Below, piece by piece: positions 26,632-36,595 of a stretch of 64,000 bases of DNA. Each line of letters opens with the position of its first letter. Position 1 is the first letter of the stretch. The stretch is from a bacterium (GTDB lineage Bacteria; UBA8248). The stretch lies in the NCBI GenBank assembly GCA_965199855.1, contig OZ241326.1, forward strand, positions 672,001-736,000, in the 5' to 3' direction. The position numbers and the translations under genes were made by a program. A model generated the notes under the pieces. The model saw only the letters and a program-made list of their open reading frames with translations, ran no database searches and was not told the origin of the DNA.

Positions 26632-28305
26632 TCAGTTCTCCAGGCGGTCGTATTCGACCTGGGCGTCGATGAGGCGCGGCCTGCCCGAGGCCAGCCCTTC
26701 CCGCACGGCCTCCCCGAGCTCCGCCGGCGTTTTCGCCCGGGCGGCGCTCACCCCCATGGAGCCCGCCATCCGCAGGAAGTCCAGCTCCGGCTCCCGGAAG
26801 TCCATGGCGACGAATTTTCTGTGCTCCTGCGCTTTGCCGTCGAGCCGGAGGATGCGCTCCTTGAGTATCCGGTAGCTCTTGTTGTTGAGAATCACGAACA
26901 GGGCGGCGAGGTCGTATTTCGCGGCGCTCCAGAGCGCCTGAATCGCGTACATGGCGGAGCCGTCCCCCGACAGGCAGACGACGGGCTTGTCCGGCAGCGC
27001 CTTCTTGACCCCCAGCGCGCTCGGCAGGCCCAGGCCGATGCCGCCCCCCTTCATGCCGTAAATCGAGTCTATTTTGCCGGCGACGGCGCTTTTGAGTCCC
27101 CCGCCGAATCCCATGGTGAGGGATTCGTCCACCAGCGCCGTCCCCTCGGGCAGGGCGTCCCCGAAGGCGGCCTGAAAGGCCTCTCTCGTCAGGGCGCCCC
27201 CCTCGTCGCCGGCCTTGGGGGCGATCTCCTCCCGCCAGGCCGCCAGCTCCCTCTCGACGCGCGCGCGGCGCGCCCGCGCTTCCCGGGCGCCCGCCTCGCC
27301 CAGCTTCCTCTCCACCGCCTCGGTGATTCCGGGGAGGGTGGCCTTCGGGTCTCCCGGCATGGCGACCTCAACGGGGAAGTTCTTGCCGATCTCCCAGGGA
27401 TCGAGGTCGAGATGGATGACCCGCGCGCCCCGGGGCGCCAGCGGAATTTCGGGCGGGAAGGAGAAGGTGTAGGTCTCCGTGCCGATGAAGAAGACGACGT
27501 CCGAGCCTTCGAGCCTGTCCAGGAGCGGCTCGATGGTGTTGGGCAGCTCGCCCGCGTAGAGGGGATGGGTGAGGGAGAAGGAGAGGGAATTCGGGCGGTT
27601 GTCGCAGAACACCCGCGCCCCGAGGCGCTCGGCCAGCCGGGCGGCTTCGGCGACCGCCCCCGAGCGGGCGACGCGCGAGCCGGTGACGACGCAGGGGCTC
27701 TTCGCTCCGGCGAGCAGGTCCGCCGCGCGCTCGATGGACTCGGCGGACGCGGGAAAGGCGCTCGAAAGCCGCGTGGGGCGGCCCGAGAGGGCGGGCGCCC
27801 CGGCGAGCATGACGTCGCCCGGAAGCGAGAGGAAGACCGGCCCCGTCGGGGGGGCGAGCGCGTGCTTGACGGCGCGGCGGACGCACTGCTCCAGGTCCTC
27901 GACCCGGCGCGCCTCGTAGGCCCACTTGGTGAGCGGCGCCGCCATTCGGGGCAGGTCGTCCCAGAGCACGGGTTCGGAGAGCTGGCCGCGCTGGCCCTGG
28001 TTGCCCGCCGTGACGAGGAGGGGGCTGCCCGCCCGCTTGACGTTGTAGAGCATTCCCATGGCGTTGCCGAGGCCCGGCGCGACGTGGAGGTTCACCACGC
28101 CCACGCCGCCCGCGGCGTAGGCGTAGCCCTCGGCCGCGCCGATGGTGATCGCCTCCTGAAGGCAGAGGACGTAGTCGAGCCTGTTCTCGTTCACCAGCGC
28201 GTCCATGAGCGGCAGCTCGGTCGTGCCCGGGTTGCCGAAGATGCAGCGGACGCCCTCGTCGATGAGCGTTTCCAAAAAGAGTTCCGAGCCGTTGCCGCCG
28301 TTCAT
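26632..28305 (-). CDS. ThDP-dependent enzyme, benzoylformate decarboxylase-like
   Basis: FGNPGTTELP, NLHVAPGLGNAMG, GDGSAMY...NN ThDP motif. Confidence 0.88.
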   Translation of the reverse strand: MNGGNGSELFLETLIDEGVRCIFGNPGTTELPLMDALVNENRLDYVLCLQEAITIGAAEGYAYAAGGVGVVNLHVAPGLGNAMGMLYNVKRAGSPLLVTAGNQGQRGQLSEPVLWDDLPRMAAPLTKWAYEARRVEDLEQCVRRAVKHALAPPTGPVFLSLPGDVMLAGAPALSGRPTRLSSAFPASAESIERAADLLAGAKSPCVVTGSRVARSGAVAEAARLAERLGARVFCDNRPNSLSFSLTHPLYAGELPNTIEPLLDRLEGSDVVFFIGTETYTFSFPPEIPLAPRGARVIHLDLDPWEIGKNFPVEVAMPGDPKATLPGITEAVERKLGEAGAREARARRARVERELAAWREEIAPKAGDEGGALTREAFQAAFGDALPEGTALVDESLTMGFGGGLKSAVAGKIDSIYGMKGGGIGLGLPSALGVKKALPDKPVVCLSGDGSAMYAIQALWSAAKYDLAALFVILNNKSYRILKERILRLDGKAQEHRKFVAMDFREPELDFLRMAGSMGVSAARAKTPAELGEAVREGLASGRPRLIDAQVEYDRLEN

Positions 28306-28334
28306 GCGCTCTCCCCCGCGAGAGGTGGTCGGGT

Positions 28335-29510
28335 TCAGAAGATGGACGCTTCTCCATTGTGGCTCAAAACGGCGTTCGCCGCCATTTGCAGGCACTTCTC
28401 GGCGCCGGGCGGCATCACCAGCGCGGCCCTGGCGTCGCGGTGGAGGCGCTGGAGCGGCCCGTCGTTCAGCAGGCCGGGGCCGCCCGCGATTTTCAGTGCC
28501 TTTTCCGTCATCGACGCCGCCGCCTCGGAGGCCGCGTATTTCGCCTCGTTGATGCGGGGAACGGCCGCCGCCGCCCCTTGCGCCTCCAGCGTCCAGGCGG
28601 CTTTCTGAATCATGAGGAGGGCGGTCTCCAGGGCGATTTTCATCTCGCCTGTCTGCCGCTGAATCGCGGGATAGCGCGCGATGGGCGCGCCATCGGGCCG
28701 GAGCGTCCGCGTTCGCGCGTAGTCCGCGATCCAGTCGAGGGCGGCGGCGCCCGTCCCGAGATAGACGGCGGCGTAGCCTAGGCCGAACCTGGGAACGAAA
28801 TCGGGCTGGAGGATGTCTTCTCCCCGCCCCACGACGTCGCGCGCGGCGACCCGCACGTTCTCGTAGGCGACGGCGTGGCTGGCCGTGCCCCGCATGGCGA
28901 AGGCGTCCCAGCGGCTCGGAATGGATATGCCCTCGAGGCGCCTGTCCACCACCGCCCAGCGAAGGCCGGCCTGCAAATCCTCCTCCCCTTCCAGCAGGCA
29001 CCAGAGCACGTAGTAGTCCGCCTCCCCCGCCATGGAGCAGAAGTATTTCCGGCCGTTCAGGACGTAGCCGCCGCCCTCCCTGCGCGCGCGGGTGGTGATG
29101 GTCCGGTTCCACTGGGGGCTGGAGCTCGCCTCGCCCGCGTGGCTGCCGAAGATGGCGCCGTCCGCGGCCGCCCGGGCGAAGCGGCTTCTCTGCTCCCCGC
29201 CCGCGAGGGCGAGGAGGAAGTAGAGAACCGTGCTGTGCATGTGCAGGGTCATGGCGGTGTTCGCGCAGCCCTTGCCGAGTTCGTGAAACACCATCGCGTA
29301 GCAGACGGGGTCGCTCCAGAGCGCGCGCCCGCCGTGGGAGGCGGGCAGGGTGAGGCGCGTGAAGCCCTCCCGGGCGAGCGCCTCGAAGCTCTCCCGCGGG
29401 AAGCGCTCCTCCCGATCGCACCGGTCCGCGTTCGGGGCGAGGATCTCCCGCGCGAGCCGCCTGGCGCGCTCTATCAAGGTCCGGTTTTCGGGAGAGAGGC
29501 TTAAGTCCAT
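28335..29510 (-). CDS. Acyl-CoA dehydrogenase-fold flavoprotein (MPP-type)
   Basis: NGRKYFCS, WDAFAMRGTASH, RDARAALVMPP. Confidence 0.85.
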   Translation of the reverse strand: MDLSLSPENRTLIERARRLAREILAPNADRCDREERFPRESFEALAREGFTRLTLPASHGGRALWSDPVCYAMVFHELGKGCANTAMTLHMHSTVLYFLLALAGGEQRSRFARAAADGAIFGSHAGEASSSPQWNRTITTRARREGGGYVLNGRKYFCSMAGEADYYVLWCLLEGEEDLQAGLRWAVVDRRLEGISIPSRWDAFAMRGTASHAVAYENVRVAARDVVGRGEDILQPDFVPRFGLGYAAVYLGTGAAALDWIADYARTRTLRPDGAPIARYPAIQRQTGEMKIALETALLMIQKAAWTLEAQGAAAAVPRINEAKYAASEAAASMTEKALKIAGGPGLLNDGPLQRLHRDARAALVMPPGAEKCLQMAANAVLSHNGEASIF

Positions 29511-29556
29511 GAATTTCCGATGCGGTTCCCGAAGGCCGGAGGCGCTCCCCGGCGGC

Positions 29557-31122
29557 TCAGGTTCGCTCTCTCAGCAGCCGGCGCAGAATCTTCCCGCTCC
29601 CCGACTTCGGGATGGCGTCGATGAAGGCGACGGCGCGCACGCGCTTGTAGCCCGCCACTTTCCCGTTCACGAAGGCCATGAGCGCCTCCGCGTCGGCGCG
29701 GACGCCCTCCCTGGGAACCACGAAGGCCATGGGAATCTCGCCGGCCTCGGGGTCGGCGCGGGGGACGACGGCCGCGTCGGCCACGTCCGGGTGCCGGTGC
29801 AGGAGCGCCTCGAGCTCGGCGGGCGCGACGGCGAAGCCCTTGTATTTGATCATCTCCTTCTTCCTGTCCACCAGATAGACGTAGCCCTGCTCGTCCACCC
29901 GACCGATGTCGCCCGTGTGGAGCCAGCCGCCCCGAAGCGCCTCCGCCGTCGCCTCGGGCGCGTTCCAGTAGCCCTTCATCACGTGCGGGCCCTTGAGGAG
30001 GAGCTCGCCCGCCTCGCCCGCGGGCAGCTCCGCTTCTCCCGTCTCCGGGTCCACGATTTTCTGCTCCTGATCGGAGACGGGAAGCCCTACGGATTCCTCC
30101 CGGATGAGCGCCTCCACGGGAGGATTCAGGTGCGTGAGCGGCGAGGCTTCCGTGAGGCCGTAGCCCATGAAGGTGAGCGCGCCGGTTCGCTCCTGCACGA
30201 CGCGCCGCACCTCGGGCGGAAGGGGCGCCGCCCCGCTCATGATGTAGCGCAGGGAGGAGAGGTCGTATTCCTCCGTCTTCTCGTGGCGCGCGATGGCGAG
30301 GAGCGCGGGCGGCGCGCCGTAGAAGAGCGTGATCCCGCGCTCCTCGACGAGGCGGAGGGCCTCCTCCACCGAGAAGCGCTTCATCAGCGTCTGGGCCGCG
30401 CCGGCGAGAATCAGCCCGCCCATGATCAGCGCCCCGTAGATGTGGTAGAGCGGCAGGAACAGGAGGCCGGAGTCCCGATCCGTAATCCGGTGGCTCGCCG
30501 CGAACTGGTGGTAGTTCGCCACGAGATTCCGGTGGGTGAGCATCACGCCCTTGGGCAGGCCCGTCGTGCCGCTCGAATAGGGCAGGGCGATGAGGTCGCG
30601 GGCGGGGTCGATGGGCGGCTCGGGGACGCCGTGCGCCGGATGCGCGCCCAGCCACTCCTCGAAAGGGGGACGCTCCCCCGCGCCCGCGTCCGTCGAGATG
30701 ACGGCCTCGAGCGCGTCCAGACTCTTCCGCGCCCCCTCGACCAGGGCGGCGCCCTCGGCCGTCGTGACGAGAATCCTCGCGCCCGAGTCGCCGAGCTGGT
30801 GACGGGCCTCCTCTTCCCCGCAGGAGGGGTTCATCGGGGTGAAGACGGCGCCCGCCTTCGACGCGCCGAAGACGGCGATCTCGAACGCGGCCGAGTTGGG
30901 CAGGAGGAGCGCGACGCGATCCCCGGGCCGGACGCCCTCGGCGAGCAGGGCGCGGGCGCAGGCGTTCGAGAGCGCGTCGAGCTCCCGGAAGGTCATGCGG
31001 ACGTCTCCGTCCGCGATCGCCTCGGCGTCCGGGCGGCGCGCGCAGGTCGCCTTCAGCAGGCCGTGCAGCGCGCAGTCGGGGTATTCGAGCGGGGGGCGGA
31101 AGTAGGGGGGAAGCCGGCCCAT
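29557..31122 (-). CDS. Acyl-CoA synthetase (4-coumarate/long-chain fatty acid CoA ligase family)
   Basis: YSSGTTGLPKG, GYGLTE, LHTGD, DRKKEMIKYKG, PKSGSGKILRR. Confidence 0.92.
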   Translation of the reverse strand: MGRLPPYFRPPLEYPDCALHGLLKATCARRPDAEAIADGDVRMTFRELDALSNACARALLAEGVRPGDRVALLLPNSAAFEIAVFGASKAGAVFTPMNPSCGEEEARHQLGDSGARILVTTAEGAALVEGARKSLDALEAVISTDAGAGERPPFEEWLGAHPAHGVPEPPIDPARDLIALPYSSGTTGLPKGVMLTHRNLVANYHQFAASHRITDRDSGLLFLPLYHIYGALIMGGLILAGAAQTLMKRFSVEEALRLVEERGITLFYGAPPALLAIARHEKTEEYDLSSLRYIMSGAAPLPPEVRRVVQERTGALTFMGYGLTEASPLTHLNPPVEALIREESVGLPVSDQEQKIVDPETGEAELPAGEAGELLLKGPHVMKGYWNAPEATAEALRGGWLHTGDIGRVDEQGYVYLVDRKKEMIKYKGFAVAPAELEALLHRHPDVADAAVVPRADPEAGEIPMAFVVPREGVRADAEALMAFVNGKVAGYKRVRAVAFIDAIPKSGSGKILRRLLRERT

Positions 31123-31125
31123 CGG

Positions 31126-32301
31126 CTACGACCCCAGAACGTTCGCGCCGCCCTCCAGGACGGTCTTGGCGGTGAGCTCCAAGCACTTCTCGGTGTTGGG
31201 CGGCATGACGAGGCCCGCCCGCGCCTCGCGGTGGAAGCGCTGGAGGGGATTGCGGCGGAAAAGCCCCGGGCCGCCGGCCACCTTGAGCGCCTTCTCCGTG
31301 ATGAAGGCGGCGGCCTCCGCGCAGACGTATTTCGCCTCGTTGATGGCGCCGTAGGCCGCCTCCGCGCCGTGGGCGTTGATCATCCAGCCCGCGCGCTGGA
31401 GCATGAGAACCGCGCCCTCGAGGGCGATTTTCATCTCCCCGATCTGCCGCTGGATGGCGGGATAGGAGGAGATGGGGACGTTGTCGGGCTGGAGCTTTCT
31501 CGTCCTCGCGTAGTTCACCACCCAGTCGAAGGCGCCGCCGCCCGCCCCCAGATAGACGGCGGAGTAGCCGAAGCCGAACTTGGGCAGAACGTCCGGGCGT
31601 ATCGGGTCGCCGCCCCGTCCCACCAGGTCGCCCACCGGGATTTCCACGTCCTCGTATATCATCGAGTGGCTCATCGTTCCGCGCATGGCGAAGGCGTCCC
31701 ACTCCTGATCGATCCGGAAGCCGGGCGCGTCCGAGGGCGCGATGAGCAGCCCCAGGCTTTTCGTGAGGTCCTCCTCGTCCTCCAGCTGCACCCAGAGCAC
31801 GTAGTAGTCCGCCTCGCCGGCCATGGAGCAGAAATACTTCCGGCCGTTGACTCGATAGACGCCGCCGTCGCGCTTCGCCTTCGTCTCCATGCGCCACACC
31901 CCGTGCAGGCTCGACGTGTTCTCGCTGGCGTAGCTGGCGATGATTTTTCCGCCGCGGATGATTTCCGCGTACCTGCGCTTCTGCTCCTCGGTTCCCAGGT
32001 AGGTGATGACGTGCGAAATCGAGCTGTGCATGTGAAAGAGCATGGCCGTGTTCACGCAGCCCTTCGCCAGCTCGTAGAGGATCATCGAATAGGTGGCGGC
32101 GTCCTCGTAGAGGCCGCGCCCGCCCAGCTCCTTCGGAAGCGTCAGGGAGGTGAAGCCCTCCTTCGCCAGGTCGATGAAGTTCTCGCGGGGGAAGATTCCC
32201 TCCTCGTCGATTCTCGCGGCTCTCGGGGCGAGAATCTCCTTCGCGCAGGCTTTCGCGCGCTCGAGGAGGTCCTCGTTTTCGGGGTTGACGCGAAAGTCCA
32301 C
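31126..32301 (-). CDS. Acyl-CoA dehydrogenase-fold flavoprotein (MPP-type), paralog of 28335..29510
   Basis: NGRKYFCSMAGEADYYVLW, WDAFAMRGT, REARAGLVMPP; GTG start. Confidence 0.85.
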   Translation of the reverse strand: MDFRVNPENEDLLERAKACAKEILAPRAARIDEEGIFPRENFIDLAKEGFTSLTLPKELGGRGLYEDAATYSMILYELAKGCVNTAMLFHMHSSISHVITYLGTEEQKRRYAEIIRGGKIIASYASENTSSLHGVWRMETKAKRDGGVYRVNGRKYFCSMAGEADYYVLWVQLEDEEDLTKSLGLLIAPSDAPGFRIDQEWDAFAMRGTMSHSMIYEDVEIPVGDLVGRGGDPIRPDVLPKFGFGYSAVYLGAGGGAFDWVVNYARTRKLQPDNVPISSYPAIQRQIGEMKIALEGAVLMLQRAGWMINAHGAEAAYGAINEAKYVCAEAAAFITEKALKVAGGPGLFRRNPLQRFHREARAGLVMPPNTEKCLELTAKTVLEGGANVLGS

Positions 32302-32335
32302 AGGCTCGCTCCCTCGGCCTTCGTGAAGGGAGCGC

Positions 32336-33493
32336 CTACGCGCCCCCGGCGTTCCAGCCGCGCCCCTCGTCGCCGTATCCCTCCGAGCCGTCCCCGGTGA
32401 CGGCGACGGTGTCCTCGAGCTTCACGAAGCCCACTTCCGGGTTCTTGAGGTCCGTCTCGATGGAGACCACCATGCCGGCCTCGAGGCCCTTGTCCTCGTA
32501 GGTGGCGGGGTAGGGCACGACGCCCGAGGAGGTGAGGTGCGGCGCCTCGTGCTGGATGATGCCCATTCCGTGCGCGAGGAACACCATCTGCTCGCCGTGC
32601 TCGCATTTGGCCTGCTCGGAGAGGGCGGCGTCGTATATCTCCCGGCCCGTGACGCCCGGGCGGACGACCGCGCGGGCGGCCGCCTGCACCGCCCGGATTT
32701 CGTCGAGAAGGTCCTTCATCAGGGGGGTCGGCTCGCCCATGACGGCCATGCGGCAGAGGTCGCCCAGGTAGCCCCGCTTGTTCCCGCCGGAATCGAGCGA
32801 GAGGATGCCGCCCTCGTCCCACGTGGCGTTCGAGGGGGCGCGGTTGTAGCTCGTCCCCGCGCAGGTGAGGCAGTATTCAAAGTCGAGCCCCTTGCGGGTT
32901 TCGATTTTCTTCATCTCGTCGGCGATTTCGTAGGTGGTCGTCCCGGGGGGCGTGTTCTCCATGACGCTCAGCATGCACTCGACGATCGCCTCGGAGGCCT
33001 CCTTCAGCAGGGCGAGCTCATGCGGCCGCTTCACGGCGCGCAGCTCCTCGAGCATGTGAACGGCGTCGATGAATCTGGCGTCCGGCAGCTCCTCCCGGAG
33101 CGCGTCGTAGGCGTCGGCCGGAAGAAAGCATTTCTCCACCGCCACGGTGCCTTTTTCGTGGCCCAGCCCGCGGATGAAGTCGGCCGCGTCCTTGCCCGCC
33201 TGATCGCTGCGCCACTGGCTGTTCTTCTTCTCCGGCACCCACACGGGCTCCGCTTCCTGCTGCCAGCCCTCCATGACGTTGCCGATGTAGAACGCCTTGT
33301 CGGAGGCGCCCCTGGGCAGGCCCACCATCGGCAGGTAGCGGCTCACGCCGATGGCGTCCTTGTGGGCGAAGAAGAAGAACTTGTAGCCGCCGAGCAGATA
33401 CTGGACGTTCTCCTTCGAGGAGGCGAGGACGACGTCCGCGCCCTCGTCCTCCATCAGCGCGCCGAGCTTGTCTTCATCGAAGGGCAGGTTCAT
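32336..33493 (-). CDS. M24 (Xaa-Pro peptidase/creatinase fold) protein
   Basis: ELRAVK, LDSGG...GDLCR, HGMGIIQHEAP, LEDT. Confidence 0.85.
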   Translation of the reverse strand: MNLPFDEDKLGALMEDEGADVVLASSKENVQYLLGGYKFFFFAHKDAIGVSRYLPMVGLPRGASDKAFYIGNVMEGWQQEAEPVWVPEKKNSQWRSDQAGKDAADFIRGLGHEKGTVAVEKCFLPADAYDALREELPDARFIDAVHMLEELRAVKRPHELALLKEASEAIVECMLSVMENTPPGTTTYEIADEMKKIETRKGLDFEYCLTCAGTSYNRAPSNATWDEGGILSLDSGGNKRGYLGDLCRMAVMGEPTPLMKDLLDEIRAVQAAARAVVRPGVTGREIYDAALSEQAKCEHGEQMVFLAHGMGIIQHEAPHLTSSGVVPYPATYEDKGLEAGMVVSIETDLKNPEVGFVKLEDTVAVTGDGSEGYGDEGRGWNAGGA

Positions 33494-33770
33494 GGCGATT
33501 TCCTCCCGGATAGGGGATGTTCCGAAGTCGCTTTCCGATTTCGCGTCAAGAGCGGGCGGCCGCTCATCTCCCGGAAATGCGCGCGGCGCCGGATGAGGGC
33601 GCCGCGCGCATCATCCGCCGAAGGCCGGTTCATGGATGCGGGCAGGGTGTCATGCGGGGGCGGAAAACGCAAGCGGGGCGCTTCCGGCCCGCCGCCCTCC
33701 CGCGCCCCAGAATTGAACGAAGCCGCCCGTGATGAACGCGACCCCGTTTTCCAGCTTCACGGCGGTCTCC

Positions 33771-35033
33771 TCAGCAGACTTCCCGGACGATGGCCTCGAA
33801 TTCCTCGTTCGTCAGCTGCCGCTTGCGCCAGCGAATCTCCGAGCGGACGCGCTCCGCCACGGCGCCCTCCCTCTCGCGCGGGACTTCGAGCTCCAGCTCC
33901 CGCGCCTTGGCGCGTATGGCCCAGTTTCCGGAATAGTGGCCCAGCAGGTTGCGCATCCGGTTTCCGAAAATCTCCGGCCTCATGCACGAATACGCCCAGA
34001 AGCCCTCCTCCGTGTCGGGCGCGCAGTAGTGCACCTCGACCAGGTGGGAAAACGCCGTTTCGCCGACGAAGGGCATCGTGGCCGTCATGGGCCACTTCAT
34101 GATGTCGGAGACGAGCCGGGAGAGTTCGGTCATCTTCTCGAGCCGGATGCCGCAGTCGACGCCGTAGTAGATTTGAATCACCGAGGCGACCTCGGCCAAG
34201 GGCGCGATGTGGGCGCGCTCGCCCAGGCCGTTCACGCAGGCGTCGAGCAGGTCGGCGCCGCCCTCGAGGCCCGCGTACAGGGCGGCGCACGCCAGCCCGA
34301 TGTCGTTGTGGGTGTGGAGGCCGATTTGCGTTCCGGGCAGCAGGCGCTTCACCTCGCGGACGACGTAGGTATAGACCGGCGCGATCGCCATGCCGTTGAT
34401 GTCGTCGAGCTTGATCATGTCGGCGCCCGCGTCCACCAGCCTGCCGCATACTTCCGCCAGCCGCTCGATCGGAATGCGCGTGCAGTCCTGAATCAGGCAG
34501 CCCACCTTGCGGTCGGCGCCGGACTTCTCCCGCGCGTAGGCCACGGAGCCGCAGGCGCGCTCGATGGCCTGCTCGATGGTGACGTCCGTCTCCCCGGCCA
34601 TGGACTCGAACAGGCACATCTGGTGCGGCGAAAAGGAGAAGCACAGCGTCGTGTAGTCCGCGCCGTGCTCCACGTTGAGATCGACCTCCACCTTGGCGAG
34701 CTCGGGGTTCAGAACGGCGGTGGGATGCACGAGCGCCTCCACCGTGAGCGCGGGGTGCCGCTTTTTCACCTCCTCCATCTCCTGGGGGTCGTCGTGGTGC
34801 ATCTGCGCCATGCTCACGCCGGCGTCCACGAGGGCGTCGGCGATGCGGATGACCTCGTCCCGCCGCAGGGACACCCCCGGCAGCTGCCGGCCCTCCCGCA
34901 GGGTGATGTCGCAAAGCTGAAAGTTCTCGGAAAGCGTCATCCGCGAGCGGATTTCCTCGGAGAAGCAGTGCTGCGAGATTCTCCACTGCTCGGTGATGGG
35001 CTCCAGGTCGCCGTTGACGGGGTAGCCTGGCAT
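33771..35033 (-). CDS. DRE-TIM metallolyase, homocitrate/isopropylmalate synthase-like
   Basis: DITLREGRQ, GLHTHND, VNGLGERA, PFVGETAFSH, LGHYSG; GTG start. Confidence 0.8.
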   Translation of the reverse strand: MPGYPVNGDLEPITEQWRISQHCFSEEIRSRMTLSENFQLCDITLREGRQLPGVSLRRDEVIRIADALVDAGVSMAQMHHDDPQEMEEVKKRHPALTVEALVHPTAVLNPELAKVEVDLNVEHGADYTTLCFSFSPHQMCLFESMAGETDVTIEQAIERACGSVAYAREKSGADRKVGCLIQDCTRIPIERLAEVCGRLVDAGADMIKLDDINGMAIAPVYTYVVREVKRLLPGTQIGLHTHNDIGLACAALYAGLEGGADLLDACVNGLGERAHIAPLAEVASVIQIYYGVDCGIRLEKMTELSRLVSDIMKWPMTATMPFVGETAFSHLVEVHYCAPDTEEGFWAYSCMRPEIFGNRMRNLLGHYSGNWAIRAKARELELEVPREREGAVAERVRSEIRWRKRQLTNEEFEAIVREVC

Positions 35034-35120
35034 TCCGTCCTCCTTTCATGGAATGGCGCCGCTTGAATCCGGCGAAGTGAAAGCGTCTCTCAGGCCCGGG
35101 CGCTCATCGCCTCGCCCGCG

Positions 35121-36221
35121 TCAGCATCCGCTTTTTCTCCTCCGGGCGATCCGGAGAATCTCCGCCGACGCCAGCGCCTCGTCGTCGGACGCGCCCCCCG
35201 CTATGAGAACCCGCCGCCCCCCGAGGGGGGTGGCCGTGTGAAGCCGCCGGGGAGACTTCATCGCGCCCGCCGCCAGCCAGAAGCAGCGCCTTTCGGGCTC
35301 GAACACCTCCGCGCTGTCCAGGGTGCGGCCCTCGCCCCCCCAGCCCCCGATGAGCGCGACCCTGCCGTCCGCGAGCAGGGCGGCGGCGTGCTGCTGCCTC
35401 CGCACGCGCAGCCCGCTTTCGAGCGGGATGAATTTTTCCGTTTCGGGGTCGAAAATCTCGGCGCTCGCGAGGGTCCCCTCCCGCCCCAGGCCGCCCGCGA
35501 TGAGTACCTTCCCGTCTTTCAGCCGCGTGGCGGTGTGCCGGCTCCTTTGCGCCGCCAGGCTCCGCGCGAGGCGCGTTCTTCTCCGCGCGGGCAGGTAGAG
35601 CTCCGCGTATCGCGCCACCTTCCCCTCCGCGCCGCCCGCGAGGAGGACGCGCCCGTCCTCGAGCCGCGTGGCGGTGTGCTGCTGCCGCGCCGCGAGCATG
35701 GGCCGCCCGGCGGGAGCGAAGCGCCCCCGCGCGGCCTCGTAGATTTCCAGATGGCGAACCGCGCGCCTGCCGTCGTTGCCGCCGGCGATGAGCGCGTCTC
35801 CCGAGAGAAGCCGCGTCGCCGTGTGATCGTAGCGCCCGCGCCCCATCACGGCGCGCGCGGGGGGCGCGCCGCCGCCCCGGATGAGCAGGGAATCCCGGAG
35901 CGCCTCGCCGACCCTCGCCCAGCCCCCGGTGATCAAAACGCCGCCCTCGAGGAGGACGGCCGCGTGCCAGCCGCGGGCGGGCGCGTTCGGAACGGGGCGG
36001 GGCGCGAACGCTCCCCGCGCGGGGTCGTATGTCTCGAAGCTGCCGAGCGGGGAGGTTTTCGTGAGGCCCGCGGCGATGAGGATTTTCCCCGATGCGAGCC
36101 TCGTGGCCGTGTGTCCGTGTCGGGGGGCGCCCATGCTTCCCGCCGGGGAGAAGTCCCCCTCGCCGCCGCAGGCGGAAAGCGCCGCGCCGAGCAGAAGGCG
36201 CAGGGCCGTTCGCCGCATCAT
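35121..36221 (-). CDS. Kelch-repeat lipoprotein
   Basis: Lipobox LSAC; seven R..H(T/A)AxxL..GxVLxxGG repeats. Confidence 0.85.
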   Translation of the reverse strand: MMRRTALRLLLGAALSACGGEGDFSPAGSMGAPRHGHTATRLASGKILIAAGLTKTSPLGSFETYDPARGAFAPRPVPNAPARGWHAAVLLEGGVLITGGWARVGEALRDSLLIRGGGAPPARAVMGRGRYDHTATRLLSGDALIAGGNDGRRAVRHLEIYEAARGRFAPAGRPMLAARQQHTATRLEDGRVLLAGGAEGKVARYAELYLPARRRTRLARSLAAQRSRHTATRLKDGKVLIAGGLGREGTLASAEIFDPETEKFIPLESGLRVRRQQHAAALLADGRVALIGGWGGEGRTLDSAEVFEPERRCFWLAAGAMKSPRRLHTATPLGGRRVLIAGGASDDEALASAEILRIARRRKSGC

Positions 36222-36595
36222 CGTTCGCCCCTCCTTCGCGCCGCCCGGAAGAGCGGTCTTCTCGGCGATCCTCCGTGACGCGCTTCTCCCCGCCTCCCGA
36301 AGCCATTTTACGCCAGGAGCCATTATGCGCGAGGCGCGCGAGATGCGAAACGTCTCGGTCATCGGCGGCGGATGCGTGGGCCGGGAGGCGGCGCTCCGGT
36401 TCGCGTGGGCGGGGGGGCGACCTCAGAGAGGCCAAGGGGAGCAGCCTGCCGCTTCGGGCGGACGTGTTCGCGTGGGATTCCATCCCCGAGCGCCTCCGAT
36501 CGGAGATCGCCCCCGACCACGTGGCGCCGGCGGAGGGGGCGAGGGCGCGCGCGGGTGAGGCGGAGGGATGAGGTTCTGGCGCTTGGGGCGGCGGG

